64,000 bases of DNA from Candidatus Uhrbacteria bacterium (GCA_016206175.1 JACQSB010000020.1:39913-103912), one strand, 5' to 3'. Shown: positions 1 through 10,428, counted from the stretch's first letter. The notes: generated by a model not told the origin, from the sequence alone. Translations and numbers: made by a program.

Positions 1-71
1 TTTTACTGACGGAAAATCGCGCGTGATTTTTTTGAAAGACCCGGACGAATCACCGATTGAAAACTGATCAA

Positions 72-620
72 TTACAAAAGGATATAGGCAGGAATCTTTT
101 TATTATGATCAAAACGCGCTTGATGATTTCTTGTTAAGATGATGTGAACAGCGCTCGACAGCATATCATTAATGATGATGACATCGTCAACAGCTGTGTC
201 CATGAGAAGAATTTTGTCATCTATGTGATTACTGACTGTGTCATTGACATAACCGTGCAAAAAAAATGAATCTCGCTTTACGATCGTTTTTGCCTCTTCA
301 ATATTTGCAGCTGCGACAACGATTTTTTTATGGTACTCTTCCAGGTCATTTTCACGGTATCCTCCGAGATTGATAAAAAAAAGTTTCAAGCCAGTATCAG
401 CTTGTAACGACGCGTCCATCAAAGAAACTTTATAACCATCAACTTCATCAATAGCCATGTATGAATCAATATGTGATGCATGTTCCCAACCTTGTCGCAG
501 ACTGACTTTTACTGCATCGATCGATTCACCGATAGCAAAAGCTACATCATGCTGTTCGATTTTACGTCCCGGTGGCTTTCCCCCAAGGACAATAAGGAAA
601 AGGTTGAGTTGTTTTTCCAT
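72..620 (-). CDS. DUF1543-like protein, function unknown
   Basis: 182-aa ORF with ATG at 620. LIVLGGKPPGRKIEQHDVAF near the N-terminus and a second FFINLGGYREND module resemble the duplicated DUF1543 module as I remember it. Confidence 0.55.
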   Translation of the reverse strand: MEKQLNLFLIVLGGKPPGRKIEQHDVAFAIGESIDAVKVSLRQGWEHASHIDSYMAIDEVDGYKVSLMDASLQADTGLKLFFINLGGYRENDLEEYHKKIVVAAANIEEAKTIVKRDSFFLHGYVNDTVSNHIDDKILLMDTAVDDVIIINDMLSSAVHIILTRNHQARFDHNKKIPAYILL

Positions 621-720
621 AAATTACTGTTTTGCTATACCATCTTTGGAAACAGCTTCGGATGGCATAGTAGTCGTCTAAATCCCAGAGGGTTCTTTGC
701 GTGAAAGATATCCGTTGTGT

Positions 721-1266
721 TCACGATTTCCATCGACGAGCATTCTCTTCCTTAGAACCTCGAAACCACTTCTTCAGTGTATCGCCATGGACCCATGTTT
801 GACTCAGTATGCCAACTACCGTATCCATGTCCCTCTGTTCAAGGTTTGCATTCTCAAAAGTGGAGAGCGCAACCTCTTCAAGTGTGCGACCGGCTTGCAA
901 CTCCTCCTCGATCGCTCGTGCCCAACGCGAAGCCACCCGTACATAACCCTCCCGTGAGACATCGTTGGAAAATGACGTCACTGCCATTTCCCACCGATCA
1001 GGATCCTTTAGCGTAGGTGGTGTAAGTGGATTTTCATAATCTCTCACTATCGCTACTTTTCGTTCGATATCTTTGACCTGTCTCTTGATTCCCTCTTGCG
1101 TCATCTCACGTGCCCTCCAATGCCTTTCCTCATCCGCGTGGTAGGTATGCCAGATTTGAATAGCCTGCGCAATGCTTGTACCAGGTCGAGCCTTAATCCA
1201 TGAATGGCCATACAGACCCCCAAATTGTGTCTTTACCGGCCGAGCCCTCTCATCAGCAAGGCGCAT
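721..1266 (-). CDS. hypothetical protein (181 aa)
   Basis: Long ORF with ATG at 1266. No motif recognised. It overlaps the upstream ORF by 34 nt. The region reads slightly more GC-rich than its neighbours. Confidence 0.45.
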   Translation of the reverse strand: MRLADERARPVKTQFGGLYGHSWIKARPGTSIAQAIQIWHTYHADEERHWRAREMTQEGIKRQVKDIERKVAIVRDYENPLTPPTLKDPDRWEMAVTSFSNDVSREGYVRVASRWARAIEEELQAGRTLEEVALSTFENANLEQRDMDTVVGILSQTWVHGDTLKKWFRGSKEENARRWKS

Positions 1267-1553
1267 AGATCGCCAATGACATCAGGCAATGTGTGGCCAG
1301 GTCCCGGAAGCGGCACTTCATCATATTCGAGATCATCGCCCTTCTCCTCAACTGAATCACCTTCCCATTCATGAACAGTTTGATGATCCGCAGCTAGCCG
1401 AAGCGCGCTTAGTTGCGCAAGATACTCCTCTTTCAGGAGCTCTCTTCCGCGTGGCGAGCGCAACATTTCATCCTCTTGCTTCCATTGCTCAAGCTGAAGC
1501 CCTTTAAGATGCTTGGAGTAGATGTAGATTGCTTCTGTAATGCGATTCTGCAT
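1233..1553 (-). CDS. hypothetical acidic protein (106 aa from first ATG)
   Basis: The ORF track opens at TTG 1565, only 2 nt from the tRNA-Gln 3' end. The first ATG is at 1553. No family recognised. Confidence 0.4.
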   Translation of the reverse strand: MQNRITEAIYIYSKHLKGLQLEQWKQEDEMLRSPRGRELLKEEYLAQLSALRLAADHQTVHEWEGDSVEEKGDDLEYDEVPLPGPGHTLPDVIGDLCALLMRGLGR

Positions 1554-1567
1554 TTTTGTTTGCAAAC

Positions 1568-1638
1568 CTGCGGGACTAGGATTCGAACCTAGATAACGTG
1601 ATTCAGAGTCACGGGTCCTGCCGTTAGACGATCCCGCA
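1568..1638 (-). tRNA. tRNA-Gln (anticodon CUG)
   Basis: A 71-nt cloverleaf folded by hand: acceptor TGCGGGA/TCCCGCA with the U1:A72 pair and G73 typical of tRNA-Gln, anticodon stem CGTGA/TCACG, loop CTCTGAA, and T arm CTAGG-TTCGAAT-CCTAG. CCA is not encoded. Confidence 0.9.
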
Positions 1639-1647
1639 TCAAGTGCT

Positions 1648-2730
1648 TTATGACCGAAGGCACGATTTTACTACTGCGATTTCAAATGGCAGCTGAATGT
1701 GAGAAAACAGACGCATATCTTGCAGGCATTGCGCGAAGTAATCAGTGATAGTGAGCACTTCTTGCTGGCTAAACTTTTTGCTTAGCTCCTCGAGCGTTGC
1801 GCGTGTGCTTTGCGCCTCCTGCACGGTGTCCCCTGCTCCGCTCATGAATCGAAGCAAAGAACGCAAATCTTCGATCGAATCATTTACCACTGTTTCAATA
1901 TCTACTCCCTCCGCAATCATTGAGTCAACGAGCTTGATCGCTTCACTGGTATTCCTTGATGCAATAGCGCCCAGCAACTGTGCAATCAGTTGCCTGTTTG
2001 AATGCGGCAGCACCAACGCCGCGAGCTTTGCATCGATTTTCTTATCATGCAAAGCAAGAATCTGACCGAGCAGGCTTTCCGCATCACGCTGGCATCCGTC
2101 AGATAATCGAATGATATCATCGTATACGGATTCTTCAAGCGTTTTGCCTTCTTGCTCCACGATCAAGGTCAACCGCGCCTTCATATCAGCAGGGCTGATA
2201 CGCATAAAATCAAATCGCTGGCAGCGTGAAATAATTGTTGCCGGCACTTTTTGCAGCTCTGTCGTTGCAAGGATAAAGACAACGGATGACGGCGGCTCCT
2301 CAAGAAGCTTCAGGAGCGCGTTAAACGCGCTCGTCGACAGCATGTGGACTTCATCGATAATAAAGACCTTGTAGCGGAGCATCGTATTGGCAACGCGGGC
2401 CGCCGCGATGATATTTTCGCGGACATTGTCTACGCCAGTATGCGATGCGGCGTCAATCTCAATAATATCGAGGGTGCGTCCCTGCAAGATCGCTTCACAG
2501 CTCTCGCAGCTGTTGCACGGTTCACTCTGTTTGGTTTTACGAATATTGCAATTCAGGGCGCGAGCAAACACACGCGCTGTTGTAGTCTTGCCTACTGCGC
2601 GCGGTCCGGCAAAAATATAGGCATGCACAAGCTCGTTGCGTACGATCTCATTTTCAAGCGTTTGCTTGATATGCTCTTGTCCTGCTATTGATGCAAATGT
2701 AAGGGGACGGTATTTGCGATACAGGCTCAT
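1648..2730 (-). CDS. dnaX: DNA polymerase III subunit gamma/tau (short form)
   Basis: Walker A GPRAVGKTTTAR, zinc module CNSCESC, Walker B IIDEVHML, and SRC sensor motif. 360 aa. Confidence 0.9.
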   Translation of the reverse strand: MSLYRKYRPLTFASIAGQEHIKQTLENEIVRNELVHAYIFAGPRAVGKTTTARVFARALNCNIRKTKQSEPCNSCESCEAILQGRTLDIIEIDAASHTGVDNVRENIIAAARVANTMLRYKVFIIDEVHMLSTSAFNALLKLLEEPPSSVVFILATTELQKVPATIISRCQRFDFMRISPADMKARLTLIVEQEGKTLEESVYDDIIRLSDGCQRDAESLLGQILALHDKKIDAKLAALVLPHSNRQLIAQLLGAIASRNTSEAIKLVDSMIAEGVDIETVVNDSIEDLRSLLRFMSGAGDTVQEAQSTRATLEELSKKFSQQEVLTITDYFAQCLQDMRLFSHIQLPFEIAVVKSCLRS

Positions 2731-2740
2731 GTCAAAATAG

Positions 2741-3619
2741 TTAGGCGCGTTTAATGATGTTTTCTACTGCCGCCCAGCTACACGCACTATCTTTTGGCAC
2801 AAGGAACACAACTTCATCGCCCGGCGCGCCGCGGAAGTACGTAACACATGCGGTGAGCACGCGCCAAGAACGGTCACCAAGATTGACTGAATACGATTCA
2901 TGGTTGGCGTCTGCATTAAGTGTTCCTACCAAACGGACGCGCTCAACAGGGCCAATCTGTTTGTAGAGAAATGAACCAGCATCAGTGATGGTGAGCTTTA
3001 GCGTATCCCCTTCGACAAGTTTTGATTTTGAAGCATAATTCGGCGGCACAGCATACTGATTGCCATCAGCGCCAACCATATGCTGTCCGTCAAACACACC
3101 CTCAATGATACGTTCGCTGTCTGATGATACTGATTTGCCGTTTTCTTTTTCCTGCCGCACGAGCAGGGTATCAATTTTACGGATAAATTCCTCCTGATCA
3201 TCATCGTCCTTCCTTTTGACTTGTGGCAGCTGCGCTTCCACAAGCTCCAGCGCGCGATCGATCCTACTCCTGATGTCGCTCAATTCTTTTTTGAGCAATA
3301 TCAACCGTGATTGTGACAGTTGCGCTGCGTCTTGGTGAGAGATCTGCTCCTTGACGACGGCTAGCGATGGTTCCGGATGCATACTGTGGTCAGCAAGAGG
3401 CAACTGCTCTTCTTCAAAAAGCGGGATGTCAGATAATGCGCTTTCTATCTCAGGCTGCGCCTCGCCGTAGCCTTGCGCGGAGGCGGGCTGCTCTTCTACC
3501 TTGATATCCTCTGCAGAATACTCTTCTGGAAGCGACACCTCTTGGCCTAATACTTCATCAAAAGAAAGCTCGGGGTCGTTAGTAGTTTCTTCGTCAAACG
3601 AAAATGTAGGATAGGTCAT
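2741..3619 (-). CDS. hypothetical protein, acidic N-terminal half with a beta-rich C-terminal domain
   Basis: 292-aa ORF with ATG at 3619. The N-terminus is rich in D, E, P, Q and S, followed by a coiled segment and a C-terminal ~130-aa domain. No family recognised. Confidence 0.6.
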   Translation of the reverse strand: MTYPTFSFDEETTNDPELSFDEVLGQEVSLPEEYSAEDIKVEEQPASAQGYGEAQPEIESALSDIPLFEEEQLPLADHSMHPEPSLAVVKEQISHQDAAQLSQSRLILLKKELSDIRSRIDRALELVEAQLPQVKRKDDDDQEEFIRKIDTLLVRQEKENGKSVSSDSERIIEGVFDGQHMVGADGNQYAVPPNYASKSKLVEGDTLKLTITDAGSFLYKQIGPVERVRLVGTLNADANHESYSVNLGDRSWRVLTACVTYFRGAPGDEVVFLVPKDSACSWAAVENIIKRA

Positions 3620-3676
3620 ATTTTATTTTTATTTTCTCCTTCTCCCTACCCTACCGAAGCGCGAAGAATTGTCAAC

Positions 3677-6235
3677 CTACAAACTCCGTTCGATACTGTC
3701 GGAAAACTCATCCATGATAGCAGCGCCGAGCTGTGAACGCTCAAGAATCTCTGCTTCCACGATCTCGCGATCGCGGCCATACTTGAGGCGAGAAAGCTGG
3801 CGAATCGCTTCGGCGACTTTTTTATCTCCTTTCGGCGGAGGAAAAACCCCCATATTAAAGGGTCGTGCAGCCGCTTGATGCACCATCAACCGGATATAAG
3901 CGGTAAAGCGTTCGATATTCATGACATCGAACTCATTGAAAACAGGCGCCATTTGTTTTGCCATAGTCTCGGCATCATCCACACCTACGCGATAATTAAC
4001 AATCGTGCCGACATTGCCAAAAATTGCATCCCTCACTTTCGTATCCCCTTGCTTTGGAACAAGCTGGCCGATGTATTGATGCCCGATAATTAAATTAAGG
4101 CGATATTTCCGAGCTTCTGCCAGAATCGTGGCAATGCTATCGGTGATAAAATTTTGAAACTCATCAATATAGAGGAAAAAATCATGGCGCTGATCTTCCG
4201 GGATGTCAACACGAGTCATCGCCGCCATTTGCAGCTTTGATACCACGATCAAACCGAGTAGGTTGCTGTTTACTTCTCCGACTTGCCCCTTTGAAAGATT
4301 GACAAGCAGAATCTTCTTTTGGTCCATCACTTCACGGAAATCAAACCCGGAATGCGTCTGGCCGATAATGTTGCGCATCATGGTATTCTCAACAAAGCGA
4401 CCGACTTTTGAAATCAAATAGCCAAGCATTTCCGATTTATGAAAATCGGATGTTTTTGCCATTTCCTTTTCCCAAAACGCGCGTACAACAGGGTCCTTGA
4501 GCTTATCAACCCACTCCTGCGCAAAGTCATTATCAGAAAACATGCGTGGGATCTCTGCAAGTGTGCCGGGGTTATCCTCGTCGGACATCAACGTAAGCAT
4601 GACGTTTCTCATGTTGTGTTCAAACATCGGTCCGATCATTTCCGGCGGAAACAGTTTGTAGAAAATGGAAATCATCTCCTGCACGGCAAAATCTTTTTGC
4701 GCTTCCGTCGCTTCAAGCATATTAAGACCAACGGGCCGCTCCATATCTGCCGGCTCAAACAGAATCACATCATCAGCCCGTTCCGGCGGAACGCACTCAA
4801 GGATCGCCTGAATCGCGTCACCGTGAGGATCGATGAACGCGCATCCGTGCCCATCTTTTACGTCCTGCACCATCATATTTGTCATGATGGTAGTCTTACC
4901 GGTACCAGTCATACCGATGACATACATATGCCGGCGCCGGTCTTCATCGAGCATATGAATCATTTGCTTGCGACCGCGATAATCACTCTCGCCAAGAATA
5001 ATGCCCTCTTGCGGAAGATTTGCCGGCGGAGGCGCGACGCGAGCTTTGAGCCACTCGATGTTGGGCGTTTCCGTGATACTTAACGGCGGGTGAAACAAAC
5101 TCGCGAGTTCTTCTGTATTGAGAATCAACTTGCGACGATGGTCAAAACGGCGGAAAATAAAACTTCTAATCAGTGGTTTGCGAAAAAATTGATGCCGCTT
5201 TTGTTTTTTGAGCTGAATACCAGATTCCGGACCGAGGTATTGTGCAAACGCGTTGGTGATATTTATCAGGTGCATCTTGGAAATCTTTTCCGTGTCAGCG
5301 GCGGTGACAACGCGTATGTTCGCCTCAAATCCAACTTTCGACGCTTTTTCTTCCAATGACTTTATCAACTCCTGCTCCATTGGCGTATGGCGCGGCATGA
5401 TGTTACGATCGTCATGTGGAATTGGCGGCTCTTTTGATTTACCGCCCGTAAGAATTTGCTCAAATGCATACCCCATAAAGGCGTTGAAGCCTTTAATGAA
5501 TTGCTCCGCAAGATTCCCGCTCATTGCTTCTTCCAGGCTCTTGCCCTTTTGCATTTTGCGGGCAATGCCAGGCCCTTTATACCGCCATTTCTTCTTTGCA
5601 GTGCGGATCATGATCTGGATTGCCGCTCCTTGCGTTTTTTCCACTTTACTCAACGCATTCGTCAAAGAATTGAGCGGATCAGAGTCCATTTTTTTATACG
5701 TCCGCAACTGAAAAAAATTGTCCTTTGTCATCACCACAGGTGCCGCATGGATATACCCCTGTGCCCGGAAAATGTTGTAGTCCGCAACTTCAATGATTTG
5801 AGCAGATGGATACTGGGCGTGGAACTGCTGTTCGACGTAATTTCTCAAATAATCGGGTGTGACGATAAAAAATTTGATCAGCCCGCCGCTCGAAACGATT
5901 TCGAGGGAGATCTGGTCTTCCCTGCCAATAAAAAATGCTGTTGGCCGCCACCGTGATGAAATATGCCCAAGCGCAGCATAAAAACTCTCTGCAACAGCAA
6001 TAAGCTCTTTATAATCTTTTTTTGACGATTTCTCTTCCTCTTCTTTTTTCGCCGGCTCCTTCGGCACGAGCACCTGCAGGACTTTTTTCCTCATCGCAAT
6101 CGGAATTGCAAAAATCCGATGCAAGATATAACGCACTACGGAAAGCAGTCCCCATCCGATAAGTCCCCAAAACAAAAAGGTAACAGCAATCGCAATGGCT
6201 GCGTTGGCTTGGTAGAGTTCTTCAAAAAATGGCAT
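3677..6235 (-). CDS. VirD4/TraG/TraD-like type IV coupling ATPase (membrane-anchored)
   Basis: 852 aa. N-terminal hydrophobic helices, Walker A GMTGTGKTT, and Walker B LYIDEFQNF, which is the architecture typical of T4SS coupling proteins. Confidence 0.8.
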   Translation of the reverse strand: MPFFEELYQANAAIAIAVTFLFWGLIGWGLLSVVRYILHRIFAIPIAMRKKVLQVLVPKEPAKKEEEEKSSKKDYKELIAVAESFYAALGHISSRWRPTAFFIGREDQISLEIVSSGGLIKFFIVTPDYLRNYVEQQFHAQYPSAQIIEVADYNIFRAQGYIHAAPVVMTKDNFFQLRTYKKMDSDPLNSLTNALSKVEKTQGAAIQIMIRTAKKKWRYKGPGIARKMQKGKSLEEAMSGNLAEQFIKGFNAFMGYAFEQILTGGKSKEPPIPHDDRNIMPRHTPMEQELIKSLEEKASKVGFEANIRVVTAADTEKISKMHLINITNAFAQYLGPESGIQLKKQKRHQFFRKPLIRSFIFRRFDHRRKLILNTEELASLFHPPLSITETPNIEWLKARVAPPPANLPQEGIILGESDYRGRKQMIHMLDEDRRRHMYVIGMTGTGKTTIMTNMMVQDVKDGHGCAFIDPHGDAIQAILECVPPERADDVILFEPADMERPVGLNMLEATEAQKDFAVQEMISIFYKLFPPEMIGPMFEHNMRNVMLTLMSDEDNPGTLAEIPRMFSDNDFAQEWVDKLKDPVVRAFWEKEMAKTSDFHKSEMLGYLISKVGRFVENTMMRNIIGQTHSGFDFREVMDQKKILLVNLSKGQVGEVNSNLLGLIVVSKLQMAAMTRVDIPEDQRHDFFLYIDEFQNFITDSIATILAEARKYRLNLIIGHQYIGQLVPKQGDTKVRDAIFGNVGTIVNYRVGVDDAETMAKQMAPVFNEFDVMNIERFTAYIRLMVHQAAARPFNMGVFPPPKGDKKVAEAIRQLSRLKYGRDREIVEAEILERSQLGAAIMDEFSDSIERSL

Positions 6236-6258
6236 GGGGAACGATATTACAGCTGCCG

Positions 6259-6744
6259 TTATTCTTCCTCCTTATCTTTGAGAATCATTAGCTTATCCGC
6301 TTTGATTTTTGATTCTTGCTCGATGAAAAATTGGTTGATGCCGGGAATCAACGCAAGCCAACGCCGTATCATCCGCACGATTTCAATAACTTTAATATGC
6401 GCTTTCTTGAACAGTTCCTCGATCTTGGTTGCCGTCCTTTCCCCTTCTTCCTTAAACGCCTTGCGCTGTCCGGGCGTTAGTGACTGATAGTAAGCATCAA
6501 GCCCCTCTGCAAGAACATCCTCAATGTCTTCCAACAGTTTCGACTTTGGTCCTGTTTGAAGTGGAGCTTGCTTTTTTCTGCCGGGAAGGATCTTAGGAAG
6601 CTGGAACTCTTGTTCTTTTTTCTTTTCTTTGCTCGGAACGCCGCGTTCTGGCACTACTTTTACTTCCTTGCCTTCTGCGACTTTTTCCCGTTCCTTTCCA
6701 AGAGGAACTTCACGATTTGGCCGTTGTGTTTTACCGTCAGGCAT
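6259..6744 (-). CDS. hypothetical K/E-rich protein (161 aa)
   Basis: ORF with ATG at 6744, directly upstream of the VirD4-like gene on the same strand. Lysine/glutamate-rich N-terminus. No motif recognised. Confidence 0.55.
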   Translation of the reverse strand: MPDGKTQRPNREVPLGKEREKVAEGKEVKVVPERGVPSKEKKKEQEFQLPKILPGRKKQAPLQTGPKSKLLEDIEDVLAEGLDAYYQSLTPGQRKAFKEEGERTATKIEELFKKAHIKVIEIVRMIRRWLALIPGINQFFIEQESKIKADKLMILKDKEEE

Positions 6745-6750
6745 AGTATA

Positions 6751-7275
6751 CTAGGTAACTACTTTACGCGGACGCATCAGGACCATTGCTGCAATGGGCG
6801 CCAAGATCCATACGGATCGAGAAACGTCGCTCGTAAAAAAAATATCAGCAATCTGGCTCGCGTAATACTGATGAGGAATAAAATAAAGGATGCTGCTCAT
6901 CAGTAATCCAACTTGCAATATGCTTAATGCGATCGCCTGCCACCATACATGGCCGACATCAGCTTTGAGGGAGAGGTTATGCGAATACAACACATAGAGC
7001 AGGAGAAATGTTCCGATAAAAGCGGCTAGGCGATACTTAAAAAAATCATCCGTACCCATGATGGAAAGCGCATTGACAATGAGCGGTGTCGTAAGCACAA
7101 CAGCAAGCGCAGAATATACGCTCAACAACACGATTGCGAGACGTTCGCGGCTCACAAAAAATGCGTAAATAATCGAGGTGCCAATAAAAGCAAGAATAAT
7201 AAAAGTATCCCAACTGGGATTCGTGATGTTGATGTCAGGCGTTGGTAGACTTACGTTAATCGCTGGAAGAGCCAT
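6751..7275 (-). CDS. polytopic membrane protein (174 aa)
   Basis: About five hydrophobic helices are visible in the translation. ATG at 7275. Same strand as, and 6 nt upstream of, the 161-aa gene. Confidence 0.6.
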   Translation of the reverse strand: MALPAINVSLPTPDINITNPSWDTFIILAFIGTSIIYAFFVSRERLAIVLLSVYSALAVVLTTPLIVNALSIMGTDDFFKYRLAAFIGTFLLLYVLYSHNLSLKADVGHVWWQAIALSILQVGLLMSSILYFIPHQYYASQIADIFFTSDVSRSVWILAPIAAMVLMRPRKVVT

Positions 7276-7343
7276 ATCAAAACTGGGGTATCTACACCCA
7301 ATAACTATATTTTCTCAAATATGCTTCTGGATGTCAAAATACC

Positions 7344-8429
7344 CTAGAGCCCCTCTTTCCGTAACTGCTCGAATAACTCCCGTTGTTTCCTACTCAATGA
7401 CTTTGGCGTAGAGACAGTAATGCGCACATAGAGGTCTCCTCTGCCCTTCTTTTGCAGATGAGGCATCCCGAGATTGGCAAGACGGATGAGCTGACCCGTC
7501 TGAATAGCGGCGGGTATCTTGACCTCCATCACGCCGTCATACGTGATGAGTTTTGCCGTATCGCCAAGAGCAGCCTGTGAGAAAGAAATCGTGAGATCAG
7601 TGTATACGTCGTCGCGTTGCCGCACAAAATGTTTATCAGGCCGCACATGGATGCGCACGTACAAATCACCCGCGGGAGCTCCGTGCGCACCAGCTTCACC
7701 CTCTCCGGAAAGCCGTAATGTCTGCCCCTCATCAATACCTGCCGGTATCGATACAGTGATTTTTTCTTCTTTCCGCATACGCCCTTCTCCGGAGCATGCT
7801 TTGCATTTTTTTTCTATCTTTTTGCCGGTTGCTTGGCACGCAGAACAGGGGGCTGCGCTCTGAAACACACCGAGTATCGTACGCTGCGTTGTAGAGACCT
7901 GCCCCGTGCCTGAACAGGTAGGGCAGGTATTCACTTTTGATCCCGGTTCTGCTCCGCTTCCGCTGCATTTTTCGCACTTCACTGCTTTCGGGATGCGAAG
8001 CTCTTTTTTCATGCCAACAATCGCATCTTTCAATTCGATTTCAACATCAACTTGAAGATCACTACCGCGGGTATCTCTTCGAGAGCCTTTGCGAGAACCT
8101 CCAAACCCGAACATATCACCGAAGACATCACCAAGATCGCCGAAGTCAAACTGTACGCCGCCGCCGTTAAACCCTCCTTGCCGCGCCGCATCCTCCCATG
8201 AGAAGCCGCCCCCTCCTTGTTGGTAGGCAGAGCCATATTGGTCGTACTGTTGGCGCTTTTGCGGGTCGGATAGCACCTGATACGCTTCGTTAATTTCCTT
8301 GAAGCGTTTTTCGTCTCCGCCTTGCTTATCAGGATGGTACTGGTGCGCAAGTTTGCGGAATGCCTTTTTGATTTCATCCTGGTTCGCGTTTTTTGCAACG
8401 CCCAAGGATGAATAATAATCTTTGCTCAT
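7344..8429 (-). CDS. dnaJ: molecular chaperone DnaJ
   Basis: J domain with HPD (YHPDKQ), G/F-rich linker, and four CxxCxGxG zinc-finger repeats. Confidence 0.95.
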   Translation of the reverse strand: MSKDYYSSLGVAKNANQDEIKKAFRKLAHQYHPDKQGGDEKRFKEINEAYQVLSDPQKRQQYDQYGSAYQQGGGGFSWEDAARQGGFNGGGVQFDFGDLGDVFGDMFGFGGSRKGSRRDTRGSDLQVDVEIELKDAIVGMKKELRIPKAVKCEKCSGSGAEPGSKVNTCPTCSGTGQVSTTQRTILGVFQSAAPCSACQATGKKIEKKCKACSGEGRMRKEEKITVSIPAGIDEGQTLRLSGEGEAGAHGAPAGDLYVRIHVRPDKHFVRQRDDVYTDLTISFSQAALGDTAKLITYDGVMEVKIPAAIQTGQLIRLANLGMPHLQKKGRGDLYVRITVSTPKSLSRKQRELFEQLRKEGL

Positions 8430-8445
8430 TAGATAAAATTACAAA

Positions 8446-8491
8446 TCAGTATGCTTGAAGAATCTTATGATAGCATACTGAATTGCGTAGT
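8446..8491 (-). other. intergenic hairpin between dnaK and dnaJ
   Basis: TCAGTATGCT (8446-8455) and AGCATACTGA (8482-8491) form a perfect 10-bp stem around a 26-nt loop. On the minus strand it is followed by TTTGTAATTTTAT. Possible attenuator or processing site. Confidence 0.45.
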
Positions 8492-8496
8492 CGCTG

Positions 8497-10428
8497 TTAA
8501 TCCTTTTTCTCGTAGTCAGCATCAATTGGTTTCTCGCCGCTTGCTGATGCATGACCCTCGGTGCCGGGAGCGCCTTGTTGCGACGACTGCCCACCTGGTT
8601 CCTGTGTCGTGCCAGAGCCTTGCGCGGAGGCGGACTGATAGAGCGATGCTCCTATTTTGGAGACGGTCTGATTCAGTGTGTCAAGCGCTTGCTTGATCGC
8701 GCTCACATCGTCTGTGTCCTTCACTTTCTTTACTGCCTCAAGCTTATCCTCAATTTCTTTTTTGACGTCGGCCGGGGCTTTTTCGCCGTGCTCTTTGAGC
8801 ACTTTCTCCGCCTGGTAAATAGTGCTTTCTGCCATATTCTTCGCATCTATCATCTCTCGCTTCTTCTTATCTTCTTCAGCGTGGAGTTCCGCTTCCTTTG
8901 TCATCCGGCTTACCTCATCTTGAGAAAGGTTCGTTGAGGCAGTGATTGTTATCTTTTGTTCCTTGCCGGTCGCTTTATCCTTGGCAGACACATTGAGAAT
9001 ACCATTTGCATCAATATCAAACGTCACCTCAACTTGCGGCACGCCACGCGGTGAAGGCGGAATCCCATCAAGCATGAAACGGCCTAATGTCTTGTTGTCG
9101 GTAGCCATTTCCCGCTCTCCCTGGAGAACATGAATATCAACAGACGGCTGATTGTCCGCAGCAGTGGAAAAAATTTGGCTCTTTGAGGTAGGGATCGTGG
9201 TGTTGCGTTCAATGAGTTTCGTCATCACGCTTCCCAACGTCTCGATACCAAGAGAAAGAGGGGTGACGTCGAGGAGAAGAACGTCTTTCACTTCCCCTTG
9301 CAGAACCCCTGCCTGCACAGCAGCGCCGACCGCAACCACTTCATCCGGGTTTACCGATACATTTGGTTTTTTGCCAAAAAATTTCTCGACTGTCTGCTGG
9401 ATCAACGGCATGCGGGTCATCCCTCCCACAAGGACTACTTCATTGATGTCACTTGGCTTGATATCGGCATCAGCGAGCGCTTTACGGCAGGGCTCAAGCG
9501 TGCGATCTGCAAGATCAGACACCAACTCTTCGAGTTTGGCGCGCGTAAGCTTTATCACAAGATGTTTCGGTCCGCTTGCATCAGCGGTGATAAATGGCTG
9601 ATTAACTTCTGTTTCTGTTGCGGATGATAATTCATGTTTTGCTTTTTCTGCGGCCTCCTTGAGCCGTTGTAAAGCAAGCTGATCTGCTGAAAGGTCAACA
9701 CCTTGGTCTTTCTTAAATTCCTGTACGAGCCATTCGATAACACGTTGGTCAAAATCATCACCGCCAAGGTGCGTGTCGCCGTTTGTTGCTTTCACTTCTA
9801 CTGTATCATCGCCAACTTCAAGCACCGATACATCAAACGTACCGCCGCCGAGATCATAGACAACAATCTTCTCTTCTTTCTTTTTGTTAAATCCGTAGGC
9901 GAGCGCCGCTGCCGTTGGCTCATTGATGATGCGCTTCACTTCCAGCCCCGCGATTTTGCCGGCGTTTTTCGTCGCCTGCCGTTGTGCGTCGTCAAAGTAT
10001 GCCGGCACGGTGATGACAGCTTCGGTAATCTTTTCTCCCGTGCGGCTTTCGGCGTCAGCTTTCATCTTTTGTAAAATCATTGCTGAAACCTCTTCGGACG
10101 TATATTCCTTGCCCTGCATGACAACCTTTACGCTGTCACCTGATTGCACAACTTTATAGGGCACGAGTGAAATATCGCGCTGGACTGCCGGATCGTCGTA
10201 CCGACGTCCAATAAAACGCTTTACGGAAAAAACGGTATTTTGCGCGTTTGTCACAGCCTGCCGTTTTGCGAGAAGACCGACAAGCCGCTCTCCCGCTCCT
10301 GTTGTTGCCACAACAGATGGCGTAGTGCGGTTGCCTTCTTTATTTTCCAGTACCTTCGGCGTACCTGCCTCAATGATTGCCATGCAGGAATTTGTAGTGC
10401 CGAGATCGATGCCAAGTATCTTAGACAT
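8497..10428 (-). CDS. dnaK: molecular chaperone DnaK (Hsp70)
   Basis: [17 protein letters not shown] and [10 protein letters not shown] signatures. 643 aa. Confidence 0.97.
   Translation of the reverse strand: MSKILGIDLGTTNSCMAIIEAGTPKVLENKEGNRTTPSVVATTGAGERLVGLLAKRQAVTNAQNTVFSVKRFIGRRYDDPAVQRDISLVPYKVVQSGDSVKVVMQGKEYTSEEVSAMILQKMKADAESRTGEKITEAVITVPAYFDDAQRQATKNAGKIAGLEVKRIINEPTAAALAYGFNKKKEEKIVVYDLGGGTFDVSVLEVGDDTVEVKATNGDTHLGGDDFDQRVIEWLVQEFKKDQGVDLSADQLALQRLKEAAEKAKHELSSATETEVNQPFITADASGPKHLVIKLTRAKLEELVSDLADRTLEPCRKALADADIKPSDINEVVLVGGMTRMPLIQQTVEKFFGKKPNVSVNPDEVVAVGAAVQAGVLQGEVKDVLLLDVTPLSLGIETLGSVMTKLIERNTTIPTSKSQIFSTAADNQPSVDIHVLQGEREMATDNKTLGRFMLDGIPPSPRGVPQVEVTFDIDANGILNVSAKDKATGKEQKITITASTNLSQDEVSRMTKEAELHAEEDKKKREMIDAKNMAESTIYQAEKVLKEHGEKAPADVKKEIEDKLEAVKKVKDTDDVSAIKQALDTLNQTVSKIGASLYQSASAQGSGTTQEPGGQSSQQGAPGTEGHASASGEKPIDADYEKKD

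Noticed and set aside
4439-5083. 214-aa plus-strand ORF, and many similar 60-170-aa ORFs antisense to long genes (for example 5253-5711, 8551-8937, 16345-16845, 55985-56653, 60934-61626)
   Set aside because: All lie antisense to, or out of frame within, strongly supported genes (VirD4-like, dnaK, protease, rpsD/rpsK, the 893-aa ORF). They have biased R/S/C/F-rich translations and no start context.
8482-8491. Recurring 10-mer AGCATACTGA (8446 as its reverse complement, 8482, about 3051 and 53271) as a shared regulatory site
   Set aside because: One copy lies inside a coding sequence. Related 8-mers (GCATACTG) also occur in several other genes, so this looks like k-mer bias or chance rather than a motif. 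Only the 8446/8482 pair forms a meaningful hairpin.
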